Assembly (NCBI GenBank): GCA_963713975.1
Contig: OY970218.1
Location: 1,056,001 to 1,120,000, forward strand
Length of the DNA stretch: 64,000 nt
Direction: 5' to 3'
Source: an uncultured Chloroflexia bacterium
GTDB taxonomy: Bacteria > Chloroflexota > Limnocylindria > Limnocylindrales > CSP1-4
Part shown: positions 46,485-58,287 of the stretch, one piece after another
Position numbering within the stretch: the stretch's first letter is position 1
Layout: each line of letters begins with the position of its first letter
Notes under the pieces: model-generated
Databases searched by the model: none
What the model was told of the DNA's origin: nothing
The model's input: only the letters and a program-made list of their open reading frames with translations
Made by a program: the position numbers and the translations under genes

Positions 46485-47060
46485 ATGAGCCGCGGCCTGA
46501 CCAGGGTCCCCTTGATCGGGACGCTCGTCCTGACGCTGGTCATCTTCTTCGTGGTCCAGAACTTCGTCGCCCAGCCGTTCAAGGTGGATCAGCACTCGAT
46601 GGAGCGGACCTTTGCCGAGGGCGACTACGTCCTTGTCGATCGCCTGACGGGTCGCTGGAGTCCAGACGCACGCGGCCAGGTCGTCGTGTTCCAGCCACCC
46701 CCCGATTGGACGGACAGGCCGGAGCCCTACATCAAGCGCGTGATCGGCGTGGGCGGCGACACGGTCGAGGTTCGCGACGGGCAGGTCTTCGTCAACGGCA
46801 CCGCACTCGATGAGCCCTACCTCTTCCGCAACGACGCCGGCGTGGCCGAGCCCACCGAGACCGGCGATCAAGCCCGCTGGGTCGTGCCCGATGGTGAGCT
46901 GTTCGTGATGGGCGATCACCGTCAGAAGTCGGTCGACAGCCGCGTCTTCGGGGCCATTCCCGCCGCCTCTGTCCTCGGGCGCGGGGTCGCTCGCTACTGG
47001 CCGCTGGCGCAGTTCGGTATCGTCGAGACTCCGACCTACGACAGCATCTCCGCTCCTTGA
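46485..47060 (+). CDS. lepB: Signal peptidase I
   Basis: HSMERT (Ser), YIKRVIG (Lys) and GDHR..SVDSR motifs. Confidence 0.92.
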   Translation: MSRGLTRVPLIGTLVLTLVIFFVVQNFVAQPFKVDQHSMERTFAEGDYVLVDRLTGRWSPDARGQVVVFQPPPDWTDRPEPYIKRVIGVGGDTVEVRDGQVFVNGTALDEPYLFRNDAGVAEPTETGDQARWVVPDGELFVMGDHRQKSVDSRVFGAIPAASVLGRGVARYWPLAQFGIVETPTYDSISAP

Positions 47061-47231
47061 CCATGCCCGGGGAATGTGGCGTGGGTTGTCGGGGCGTCGC
47101 TGGTCGGCCCCACCGCGGACAGGCACGGGTTCGGCCCAACAGGCTGGAGGTGTCTTCTCACGAGCCGTGTCTCGGGCGGGCTCGTAGGGCACTCGGACCC
47201 GCACCCAGCGGATGCGCGTCAGCCCGGCAGA

Positions 47232-47588
47232 TCAGGGCCAGCCGATGAGCAGCGACTCGCCCGGACCGACGCACGCACCCTCGATCCGATCGCCTTCTCG
47301 CAACACCACAGAGCCGCTCGCGTTGAGGACTTCGAGCGACGGAACGAAGCGGGCGGTGAAGCCCGTCGGGAACACAACGCTCAAATCCCCAGGCCCCGGC
47401 TCGAGCCAGACCACACGCGGGTCGGTCGGGCTGCCGTGGAGTGTCGCATCCGCCAGCCCGACGCCGGCGCACTCTTGGCCGGTGGTGTCGATCGTCCGGA
47501 TGGCGGGGGTGGGCGAGGGCGCCGACCCGCACGAGGCGACTGCGAACGTCATCGCCGAAGCGATGGCCAGGAGCGCTCTCTGGCCCAT
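47232..47588 (-). CDS. Hypothetical lipoprotein
   Basis: MGQRALLAIASAMTFAVASC lipobox; small Cys-containing domain. Confidence 0.5.
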   Translation of the reverse strand: MGQRALLAIASAMTFAVASCGSAPSPTPAIRTIDTTGQECAGVGLADATLHGSPTDPRVVWLEPGPGDLSVVFPTGFTARFVPSLEVLNASGSVVLREGDRIEGACVGPGESLLIGWP

Positions 47589-47717
47589 CGCTGCGCGGCG
47601 CGCGTGCTGGTGCCTACCGGCCTCTGGCATCTCGCCCCTCGCCTGTGTCTGCGCATCTTTTTCGGCCTGTCCGCGCGTGGCCGCCAGCGGCTGAGATGGA
47701 CTGCAACGTACCACCTG

Positions 47718-48270
47718 TCAGCCGACCACCAGCAGCAACCCCTCGCGCAGCAGCCCGACGGCGAAGGCCACCAGCAGCACCGCGAGGGCCCGCATCACCA
47801 GGTGGTAGCCGGGTCCCGCGATCTTGCCGCGAGCCCGACCGGCCACCAGTGCGATGCCGACCTTGGACCCCACGAGGCAGCCGTAGAACCCGAGCAGGAA
47901 CGCCGCCGCCGCCGGGATCCCTCCCGAGGCGTACGCGGCAAGCAGCGTCGGCGCGCCAACGGCGATCCAGAACAGCCAGGGATGTGGGCTGAGGCTGTTC
48001 ACGACGATGCCTCGCGTCCATGACCGCGGTGCCGGCGCCAGCTCGCCCCGTGATGATCGCCAGCGGCCACGACGTGCCCGCCACGGTCTCCACGACGAGG
48101 ACGCTGATCACGACGATCGGCAGGTCCGTGATCAGGTGTGCCAGCGCGACGCGCAGCCCCTGGCCGAGGCCGTGGCGCACGGTCTGCGAGATGACGAGCG
48201 CGAGCAGCGGTCCAGGGGCGAGCCCGGCCGACAATCCGAACAGGGCCCCGGTTGCGAGGGCGTCGATCAT
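47718..48270 (-). pseudogene. Frameshifted/internally deleted LysE-family translocator
   Basis: The N-half (GLSAGLAPGPLL...ITDLPI) and C-half (VNSLSPHPWLFW) are in different frames, and the middle TM segment appears missing. Confidence 0.7.
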
Positions 48271-48321
48271 GGCACTGGGGGTTGTGGCCGGTCCGAGGAG
48301 CCCACCCGTGGTGGTCCCGTC

Positions 48322-49785
48322 CTAGAGGATCGCTGCGGCGGCCGTCCCGACGATGTCCAGCAGCAGGCTCGGGAACAGGCCCATCATGACGGTCACGACG
48401 GACGCCACGGCGAGGCCAGCCCAGACCAGGCGGCCGTGCCGCAGCGGCGGCAACTCCTCGGCGGGATCGCGCATGAACATGTACACGACGACGCGCAGGT
48501 AGTAGAAGGCCGCCACGGCCGCGTTGAGCACGGTCAGGACCGCCAGGACGTTCAGCCAGCCACCCACCTCGACCGCGGATGAGATCACGAGGAACTTGCC
48601 GAAGAAGCCGGCCGTGGGCGGGATGCCAGTGAGGCTGAGCATGAACAGGGTCATCAGCCAGGCCAGTGCGGGCTCGCGGCGGATGAGGCCGGCAAAGCTC
48701 GAGAGGTTGCTCGTGATCCCGCGCCGCCGCTGGATGGCCACGATGACCGCGAACGCGCCGAGGTTCATGAACGCGTAGGCGGCACCGTAGAACAGCAGCG
48801 CCTCCATCCCCGCGATGTTGCCGGCGGCGTACGCCGCGAACGCGACCAGCATGTAGCCGGTGTGCGCAATCGACGAGTAGGCCAGCATCCGCTTGACGTT
48901 GTCCTGCGTCAGGGCCACCAGGTTGCCGAGGGTCATGGTCAGCGCCGCGAGCACCATGATCACGGCGTTCCAGTCCGCGGCCATGGGGCCGAGCGCCTCG
49001 GCGAACAGCCGGATGATCAGCGCGAACGCCCCGATCTTGGGTCCCACGGACAGGTAGCCGGTGACGGGCGTCGGGGAGCCCTGGTACGCGTCGGGTGTCC
49101 AGTAGTGGAACGGGACCGCCGCGATCTTGAAGGCGACGCCCGTGGTCAGGAACGCGAGGCCCATGCCCAGGCCGGGCGGGAACGGTGCGGCCCCGGACAC
49201 CATGCCCTCCAGCGCCGCCGCCACGCCTTCGATCCGGGTGGTGCCGGTGAGGCCCCACACGAACGCGAGGCCGAACAGGAAGATCGCCGACGAGAACGAG
49301 CCGAGCAGGAAGTACTTGATCGCGCCCTCGGTGCTGTACCCGTCGCTCTTGTGGTAGCCGGCAAGGACGTAGCCCGGGAGGACCATGAGCTCGAGGCCGA
49401 GGAACAGGACCAGCAGGTCCGCGGAGCCCGCGATCAGCATGGCCCCCGACATGGCGAAGACGATGATCGCGGCGAACTCCGCGACCGGCAGCCCGCGCTC
49501 CTCGAGGTAGTCGGGTGCGAAGGCCATGGTCAGGGCAACGATCGCCACGAACAACAGGTCCAGGAACGTGGCCAGGGGATCCACGATGTAAGCGCCGCCG
49601 AACGAGTCTCCCTCCGTCTGGCCGGTCAACACCACGAGGACCGCGATGAGCGCGAGCCCGGCGAAGGTCGTGACCAGGGCCGGGACCTTGCGCCCGGGGA
49701 AGATGAAGTCCACGGCGAGGATCGCGGCGGCGACGAGGATCGCCGCGACGAAGGGCGCCAGCGTGACGATGTCGGGGAAGGTCAC
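48322..49785 (-). CDS. nuoN: NADH-quinone oxidoreductase subunit N
   Basis: EGAIKYF, FKIAAVPFHYWTPDAYQG and KRMLAYSSIAH motifs. Confidence 0.95.
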   Translation of the reverse strand: MTFPDIVTLAPFVAAILVAAAILAVDFIFPGRKVPALVTTFAGLALIAVLVVLTGQTEGDSFGGAYIVDPLATFLDLLFVAIVALTMAFAPDYLEERGLPVAEFAAIIVFAMSGAMLIAGSADLLVLFLGLELMVLPGYVLAGYHKSDGYSTEGAIKYFLLGSFSSAIFLFGLAFVWGLTGTTRIEGVAAALEGMVSGAAPFPPGLGMGLAFLTTGVAFKIAAVPFHYWTPDAYQGSPTPVTGYLSVGPKIGAFALIIRLFAEALGPMAADWNAVIMVLAALTMTLGNLVALTQDNVKRMLAYSSIAHTGYMLVAFAAYAAGNIAGMEALLFYGAAYAFMNLGAFAVIVAIQRRRGITSNLSSFAGLIRREPALAWLMTLFMLSLTGIPPTAGFFGKFLVISSAVEVGGWLNVLAVLTVLNAAVAAFYYLRVVVYMFMRDPAEELPPLRHGRLVWAGLAVASVVTVMMGLFPSLLLDIVGTAAAAIL

Positions 49786-49795
49786 CGGTGTCCTC

Positions 49796-51348
49796 CTACC
49801 GCCACAGGCCGAGGGCGATGGGCGAGGCCTGCGAGACGGCAGCAAGCGCGTAGTCGACGGAGCCCGCGATCAGGTCCAGGATCAGGCCCGGCCAGAGGCC
49901 GAACACGACGACCAGCGCCCCAAGCGGCACCAGCGTCATGGCCTCCACCGGCCGCATGTCGGTCAGGTGGTGTCCAAGGCCCTTGAGGAAGTCCGACACG
50001 TCTCCGAACGCCACCCGCTGGAACATCCACAGCAGGTAGCCCGCGGCCAGGATCATCACGAAGGTCGCGATTGCCGCAGCGGCGTAGTTGCCGGACTCGA
50101 ACGTGCCCAGCAGCGTCAGGAACTCGCCCACGAACCCGGACAGGCCGGGCAGGCCGACCGAGGCGAAGACGAAGAAGCCGAAGGCGGCCGCGAACACGGG
50201 CACCGGAGCGCCCAGGCCGCCCATCTTGGCGATCGTGCGGTCGTGGGTGCGCTCGTAGATGACGCCCACGAGGAGGAACAGCGCGCCGGTGATCAGGCCG
50301 TGGTTGACCATCTGGAGGATCGCGCCCTGCATGCCCTGCTCCTGGAACACGAAGATGCCGAGGGTCACGAAGCCCATGTGGGAGACGGACGAGTACGCGA
50401 CCAGCTTCTTGAGGTCCGGCTGAACGAGGGCGACGATCGCGCCGTAGATGATCCCGATCAGCGACAGGACGATGATCAGCGGGGCCCACGAGTGGGCCGC
50501 CTCGGGGAACAGCGGCAGCGCGAACCGGATGAACCCGTACCCGCCCAGCTTGAGCAGGACGCCGGCCAGGATCACCGACCCGGCCGTGGGCGCCTCGACG
50601 TGCGCGTCGGGGAGCCACGTGTGGAAGGGGAACATCGGGACCTTGATCGCGAAGGCCAGGAAGAAGGCGCCGAAGGCCAGCAGGCCGAAGGTGCCGCCGA
50701 ACGCACCGGTGGCGGCGTACTCGGACAGCGCCTGGACGTTGAACGCTCCCACCCAGCTGCCGTCGTGCCCGGCCTGGTAGGTGTACGCGGTGGCCAGGAT
50801 CGCGACCAGCATCAGCAGCGAGCCGACGAGGGTGTAGAGGACGAACTTGATGGTGGCGTAGATGCGGTTCGTGCCGCCCCAGATACCGATGATCAGGTAC
50901 ATCGGCACCAGGACCAGCTCCCAGAAGACGTAGAACAGGAACATGTCCATCGCCACGAACACACCGATCATGCCGACTTCCAGGACCAGGAAGGAGATCA
51001 TGTACTCCTTCACCCGGGTCTGGATGGGGCTGAACGAGGCCAGGATGCTGATCCAGGTCAGCGTCGTCGTCAGGACGACGAGGACCAGCGAGAGACCGTC
51101 GACGCCGACGGCGTACTGGATCCCAAATGCCGGGATCCACTCCGCGACCTCCTTGAACTGGAAGCCCGGCTCGCCAGCGACGAAGGCCACGAGCAGTGCC
51201 AGCGAGGCCACCCAGGCCGCCAGCGCGAACCCGAGGGCCACGTAGCGGGCGAGGTTCGGGCGGCTCCGAGGCGTCACCGCGACGACGAGCGCCCCGAGCA
51301 GGGGCAGGAACGTCACGATGGTCACCAGCGGCAACCCGTTGAGTGCGG

Positions 51349-51352
<4 letters not shown>
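49796..51352 (-). CDS. nuoM: NADH-quinone oxidoreductase subunit M
   Basis: FYVFWE, KVPMFPFHTWLPDAHVEAP and KKLVAYSS motifs. Confidence 0.96.
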
Positions 51353-53409
<2,057 letters not shown>

Positions 53410-53421
53410 CTCGGTCGCCGC

Positions 53422-53754
53422 CTACTGCCGCATCGCGTCGTACTCGTCGACGAGTGGCGTCTTCTTGTTGCGGTAGATCGCGATCACGATCGCGAGGCCC
53501 ACCGTCGCCTCCGCGGCCGCTGCCGCCATGACGATCAGCGCGATGACGGACGCGTCCACGTTGAGCGACAGGCTGAAGGCGCCGAACGCGATGATCGCGA
53601 GGTTGACGGCGTTGAGCATCAGCTCGATCGACATCAGCATGCTGATCGCGTTCCGCCGGGCCAGGAAGCCGAACGAGCCGATGGCGAACAGGAGGCCGGC
53701 CAGGATCAGGTAGGCGTCGAGGCTCTGCGAGACGTTGTCGAGGAAGGACAGCAT
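53422..53754 (-). CDS. nuoK: NADH-quinone oxidoreductase subunit K
   Basis: RRN..MLMSIELMLNAVNL and AAAEATVGLAI motifs. Confidence 0.95.
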   Translation of the reverse strand: MLSFLDNVSQSLDAYLILAGLLFAIGSFGFLARRNAISMLMSIELMLNAVNLAIIAFGAFSLSLNVDASVIALIVMAAAAAEATVGLAIVIAIYRNKKTPLVDEYDAMRQ

Positions 53755-54290
53755 CAGCCGGCATCCTCCCGCTCGCGCTTGGCGAGGTACACGCCGCCGA
53801 TCACGGCGGCCAGGAGCAGGACGCTCACCACCTCGAACGGCAGCGTGTAGTCGCTGAACAGGGTCGTCGCCAGCTCCGTCGTGTCGGTCCAGATCCGGGC
53901 CCCCGCCTCGGGCCAGTCCGTGGCCACGATGCTGAGGATCACGAGGACGGCGAGCACCGCGGACGCGATCGCCGCCGGAAGGGCCTGCGTCTGGAACACC
54001 AGCTCCCGGGGCGCCGCCTTGGTCTGGGTGAGCATGATCGCGAACAGGACCAGGACGCTGATCGCGCCGATGTACACCAGGACCTGCGCGGCGGCGACCA
54101 CCGGTGATCCCGCGATCACGTAGAGCCCGGCCAGGGCGGCGAAGCAGATGATCATCGCCAGGCCCGACCGGATGATGTCGCGCATCAGGACGACCAGGAG
54201 GGCGGACCCGAGCATGACGGCCGCGAAGCCCATGAACAGCAGGTCGTCCCACCCGATCCCGAGCAGCGGGATCGTCTCAGGCAGCGTCAC
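53754..54290 (-). CDS. nuoJ: NADH-quinone oxidoreductase subunit J
   Basis: QVLVYIGAISVL and YTLPFEVVSVLLLAA motifs. Confidence 0.95.
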   Translation of the reverse strand: MTLPETIPLLGIGWDDLLFMGFAAVMLGSALLVVLMRDIIRSGLAMIICFAALAGLYVIAGSPVVAAAQVLVYIGAISVLVLFAIMLTQTKAAPRELVFQTQALPAAIASAVLAVLVILSIVATDWPEAGARIWTDTTELATTLFSDYTLPFEVVSVLLLAAVIGGVYLAKREREDAG

Positions 54291-56947
54291 GCGTCCCTCT
54301 CAGCGTTCGGGGCGGAGACGGCGTTTCCGGACCCTTGGTGGTGTCCGTTGCCGTTGCCGTTCCCGTGTCCGATCGCAAGCGAGGCCGGCAGGACGGGGAG
54401 CAGCCGGGACTCGTCGAGGATGCGGCCCTCGGCCCGTGCACGCTCCGCCCAGTCGCGCTCGCGGCGGATGTAGCTCATCTCCGTCTCACGCTCGATCCCG
54501 GCCAGCGCGAGGAGGTCGATCGACGGCTCCTCGCGGGACGTGTGGCTGAGCTCGAACTGGTCGCTGTCGCGGACGGCATCGTAGGGGCAGGCGTCGACGC
54601 AGATGCCGCACAGGATGCAGCGGCTCTCGTCGACCTCGTACTTCTGGAGGACGCGCGGCTTGGGCATCAGCGCACCGGTCGGGCACGTCTCCGCGCAGCG
54701 GCCACAGGACACGCAGGGCGTGTCGTTGAGGCTCATGTCCAACGGCGTCGTGACCAGAGTGTCGAAGCCGATGCGCATGAAGTCGTAGCAGGCGGCCCCC
54801 ACGACCTCGGCGCACACGTTGGCGCAGCGGCCGCAGTCGATGCACCGGGCGGGCTCGCGCAGGATGAAGGCGTGGGAATCGTCCCGGACGTAGTCGTGGT
54901 TGACGCCGGTGAACCGGTTCTCCGTCACGGACCGGTAGCCGGCGCCGGAGTGGAAGGTCTTCTCGAGCGTCCGAAGGGTCGTGCCGTACTCGATGCCCAG
55001 GCGGCGCAGGTCGCAGAAGCCGATCGCCTCGCATGTGCACTGGAGGCAGCGGGTCGACTCGGCCACGGCCTCGTCCCGCGTGTACGGGATCTCGTACTCG
55101 ATGTAGCTCGCGTTGCGGATCTCGGCCTCGAGGCCCTTGAGGCGGTAGCGCGACTCCTTGATCTCGCCGGTGAAGGGCACGATCGAGAGGAACTCGGGCT
55201 GCGGCTCCGCGAGCGTCTGGCGGGTCCGGATGGCAGCCAGGTCGTTGCCTCGGAGGTAGGCGTCCACCGCGTAGGCCGCTCGCCGCCCCTCGGCGATGGC
55301 CTGGACGACCGTCGCCGCGCCGATCCGCACGTCACCCGCTCCGAACACGCCGGGACGCCCGGTCTCGAACGTGACGGCGTCCGCCTGGAGGCGGCGGTTC
55401 CGGGTGGCCGTCAGGCCGTCGTTGCCGGGACCGAACCAGGCAAGGTCGGGGCCCTGGCCGATGGCGAGCAGGACGCGGTCGCAGGGGATGGTGAACTCGG
55501 TGCCGGCGGCCGGCTCCGGGCGGCGGCGGCCGGATGCGTCGGGCTCGCCGAGCTGCATCCGGATGAACTCGATCCCGACGGCCTTGCCGGTCTTCTCGTC
55601 AGTGACGACGCGCGTCGGACCGGCCTGGAAGATGGTGGTGACACCCTCCTCGATGGCCTCGTGGACCTCGCTCGCGGCCGGCATGTCCTTCATGTCGCGG
55701 CGGTAGACGAGCGTGACCTCGCCGGCGCCCTGGCGAACCGACGTCCGGACGCAGTCCATCGCCGTGAAGCCGCCGCCCACGACGACGACGCGGGTGCCCT
55801 CGTGGCCGGGGTACGGCAGGCCCAGCGTGGCGGTGCGCAGGTACTCCAGGCCGTCGATGACGCCGTCGGCGTCCTCGTTCGGGATGCCAAGCTTGTTCGT
55901 GTCGTAACAGCCGATGGCGACCACGACGCTGTCGAAGCCCTGGTGCTGGAGGTCGTCGAGCGTGAAGTCCCGGCCCAGCTCCATGTTGCAGCGCATCTTG
56001 CCGCCGAGCCGGGTGACCGACTCGTACTCGGCCTCGAGCACCTCCACCTTGGGCAGCCGGTACTGTGGGATGCCGTAGCGGAGCATGCCGCCGGGGGCCG
56101 CGTCGCGCTCGAAGATCGTCACACCGTGCCCGGCGAGGAGCAGGTAGAACGCCGCGCTCATGCCGGCGGGCCCGGAGCCGATGACCGCGGCCCGGCGCCC
56201 GGACGGCGCCTGCTTGTCGAACGGCAGCGGCGGGTCGACGTCATCATCGAGCATCGCCTTGAGCACCTGGTCGCCGGCATAGCGGTGGCTGTCGCGGATG
56301 GCGATGGCCTCGTCCACCTCGTCCCGCCGGCAGTGCTCCTCGCAGGGTGCCGGGCAGACCCGGCCGAGGATGCTGGGGAAGGGGATCGTGCGCTTGAAGA
56401 TGCGCACCGACTCCCGCCAGTTGGCCTCCGCGTTGGCCTTGAGGAAGCCGGGGATGTCGATGTGGCTGGGGCACTTGTTCTGGCAGGGCGGCAGGCAGTA
56501 GGCGTTGTGGTCCGAGAAGATCAACTCGAGGTTGGTCCGCCGGATCCGGCGCAGGTCGTCGGTCTGGGTCCGGACGACCATGTCCGGCTCGGCTGCGCGC
56601 GAGCACGAGATCGGCGGCTGCTCCTCGCCCTCGACCTCGACCACGCACATGCGGCAGGCGCCGAACCCCGGCAGCTTGGGCTCGTAGCACAGGGTGGGGA
56701 TCTCGATCCCGTTGTCGCGACAGACCTCGAGGATCGTCTGCCCCTCGAAGCCCTCGACGACGCGTCCGTCCACCTCGATCCGGATCCCCGGCGTGCTCTG
56801 CGGGCGCTGCGGCGACTGCGTGGTGAGCAGACGCTCCGCGAGCGAGTCGTCGCGCGGCGTGATGGTGTCGTAGATGAGCGGCGAGTCGGGGCGGACCTCG
56901 CGGGGTCGGTCGAGCGGGCCCTCGGGGCGCGTGATCAGGTCGGCCAT
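54287..56947 (-). CDS. 886-aa Fe-S flavoprotein: NuoG-like [2Fe-2S] domain, GltD/NfnB-like FAD/NADPH module, 2x[4Fe-4S] domain, C-terminal half of NuoI (StnC-like fusion)
   Basis: IPTLC...GACRMC, GRVCPAPCE, GSGPAG, GGMLRYGIP, GGGFTAMDC..YRR, CIDCGRC, CVSCGRCAETCP, then YEVDESRCILCGICVDACPYDA. Confidence 0.85.
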   Translation of the reverse strand: MADLITRPEGPLDRPREVRPDSPLIYDTITPRDDSLAERLLTTQSPQRPQSTPGIRIEVDGRVVEGFEGQTILEVCRDNGIEIPTLCYEPKLPGFGACRMCVVEVEGEEQPPISCSRAAEPDMVVRTQTDDLRRIRRTNLELIFSDHNAYCLPPCQNKCPSHIDIPGFLKANAEANWRESVRIFKRTIPFPSILGRVCPAPCEEHCRRDEVDEAIAIRDSHRYAGDQVLKAMLDDDVDPPLPFDKQAPSGRRAAVIGSGPAGMSAAFYLLLAGHGVTIFERDAAPGGMLRYGIPQYRLPKVEVLEAEYESVTRLGGKMRCNMELGRDFTLDDLQHQGFDSVVVAIGCYDTNKLGIPNEDADGVIDGLEYLRTATLGLPYPGHEGTRVVVVGGGFTAMDCVRTSVRQGAGEVTLVYRRDMKDMPAASEVHEAIEEGVTTIFQAGPTRVVTDEKTGKAVGIEFIRMQLGEPDASGRRRPEPAAGTEFTIPCDRVLLAIGQGPDLAWFGPGNDGLTATRNRRLQADAVTFETGRPGVFGAGDVRIGAATVVQAIAEGRRAAYAVDAYLRGNDLAAIRTRQTLAEPQPEFLSIVPFTGEIKESRYRLKGLEAEIRNASYIEYEIPYTRDEAVAESTRCLQCTCEAIGFCDLRRLGIEYGTTLRTLEKTFHSGAGYRSVTENRFTGVNHDYVRDDSHAFILREPARCIDCGRCANVCAEVVGAACYDFMRIGFDTLVTTPLDMSLNDTPCVSCGRCAETCPTGALMPKPRVLQKYEVDESRCILCGICVDACPYDAVRDSDQFELSHTSREEPSIDLLALAGIERETEMSYIRRERDWAERARAEGRILDESRLLPVLPASLAIGHGNGNGNGHHQGSGNAVSAPNAERDA

Positions 56948-58287
56948 CAGCGGGCTCCTGCTGGTGCCGTGCCGGCGCCCACCGCGATCGGTGTGCACAC
57001 GCCGGCGGGGCAATGGGAGCGAAGGAGGTGGTCGTCGATCTCAGCGCGGAAGTGGCGCATCGCGCTGGTGAAGGGCAGGGTGGCGAGACGCTCGTGGTCG
57101 CACAGCGCGGAGGCCGCGATGTCCTCGGCAAGGTCCGTCAGCAGGGCCGCGTCCGTGGGCTTGGGCCGGCCGGAGGCAATCCGGTCGCCGATCTCGTACA
57201 GCCGGCGCAAGCCGATCCGGCAGGGGATGGATTTGCCGCACGCGGCGTCCGCGGAGAACTTCGTCAGCAGGCGGGCGAGGTCCACGATGCAGGCACGCTC
57301 GTCGGCGACGACCACGGATCCGGAGCCGATGTGAGCGCCGGCATCCCGCAGGGCATCGAAGTCGTAGGGGGTGTCCAGGAGATCCGGGGGCAGGAGGCCG
57401 CCCGTTGGACCGCCGACGAGCACCGCCTTGAGGGCCCGGCTGCCCGTGCCGCCCGCGAGCTCCACGATCGTGCGAACGGGCGTGCCAAGGGGCACCTCGG
57501 CCATTCCTGCGCCCTCGGGCCCGCGCACCTGGACGAGGATGGTCCCCGGTCCGGCCGGCGAGCCGATGCCTGCGAATGCCTCGCTGCCGTGGGCCACGAT
57601 CCACGGGACCGCGGCCAGCGTCTGCACGTTGTTGACCACCGTCGGCCGGTCGAACAGGCCCTTCTCGGTGGGGTACGGCGGTCGTTGGTCCGGCTGGCCG
57701 CGCTTGCCCTCGAGGGCCTTGATGAGGACGGTCTCCTCGCCCAGCATGTAGGCGCCCTGGACGGTTCGGACCGTCATGGTCACGCGATGGCCGGATCCCA
57801 GCACATCCTCGCCCAGGAAGCCCGCCTCCTCGGCCGCCAGCATCGCGCCCTCGAGGAGGGTCACCAACGCCGGGTCGTCGCCGCGGACGGCGAGGATCGC
57901 CTCGGTTGCGTCGACCGCGAAGGCGGCGATGGCCAGGCCCTCGATCACGGCCCAAGGATCCCGGCGCATCAGCTCCGCGTCGGTCTGGACCGCCGGGTCC
58001 GCGCCGTACCCGTTGGCGATGACGTAGCGCTGGTCTGCCGGCCGGCCGGCCGCGGCGCGCCACTTCTCGCCGGTCGGGAAGCCCGCGCCGCCGCGGCCCC
58101 GGAGCCCGGAGGCAGCGATCGTCGCGATCGTGCCGGTGGCGCCCAGGTCCCGAACCGTCGTGCGGAGGCTCTCGAACGCTCCCTCGCGGACCGCGGCATC
58201 GAGGTCGGACGGGTCCGCGGCCAGTGCGGCGGCACGCCCGGTGAGGATCGATGGCCAGTCGGCGGGCGTCGTGAGGAAGGGGCTCAT
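56947..58287 (-). CDS. nuoF: Divergent NuoF/HydB-like flavoprotein
   Basis: SGLRGRGGAGFPTGEKW, GEET, PTVVNNV and GGPTGG motifs; altered NGYGADP and CGKSIPC; CPAGVC tail. Confidence 0.8.
   Translation of the reverse strand: MSPFLTTPADWPSILTGRAAALAADPSDLDAAVREGAFESLRTTVRDLGATGTIATIAASGLRGRGGAGFPTGEKWRAAAGRPADQRYVIANGYGADPAVQTDAELMRRDPWAVIEGLAIAAFAVDATEAILAVRGDDPALVTLLEGAMLAAEEAGFLGEDVLGSGHRVTMTVRTVQGAYMLGEETVLIKALEGKRGQPDQRPPYPTEKGLFDRPTVVNNVQTLAAVPWIVAHGSEAFAGIGSPAGPGTILVQVRGPEGAGMAEVPLGTPVRTIVELAGGTGSRALKAVLVGGPTGGLLPPDLLDTPYDFDALRDAGAHIGSGSVVVADERACIVDLARLLTKFSADAACGKSIPCRIGLRRLYEIGDRIASGRPKPTDAALLTDLAEDIAASALCDHERLATLPFTSAMRHFRAEIDDHLLRSHCPAGVCTPIAVGAGTAPAGAR

Noticed and set aside
54287-56947. 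Formate dehydrogenase, [FeFe]-hydrogenase or glutamate synthase call for the large Fe-S flavoprotein
   Set aside because: There is no molybdopterin domain, no H-cluster motifs and no gltB partner, and the gene is embedded and coupled within nuo.
54335-57334. 999-aa plus-strand ORF and similar long antisense ORFs across the nuo operon and elsewhere
   Set aside because: They are mirror frames of well-supported minus-strand genes, with no recognisable motifs.
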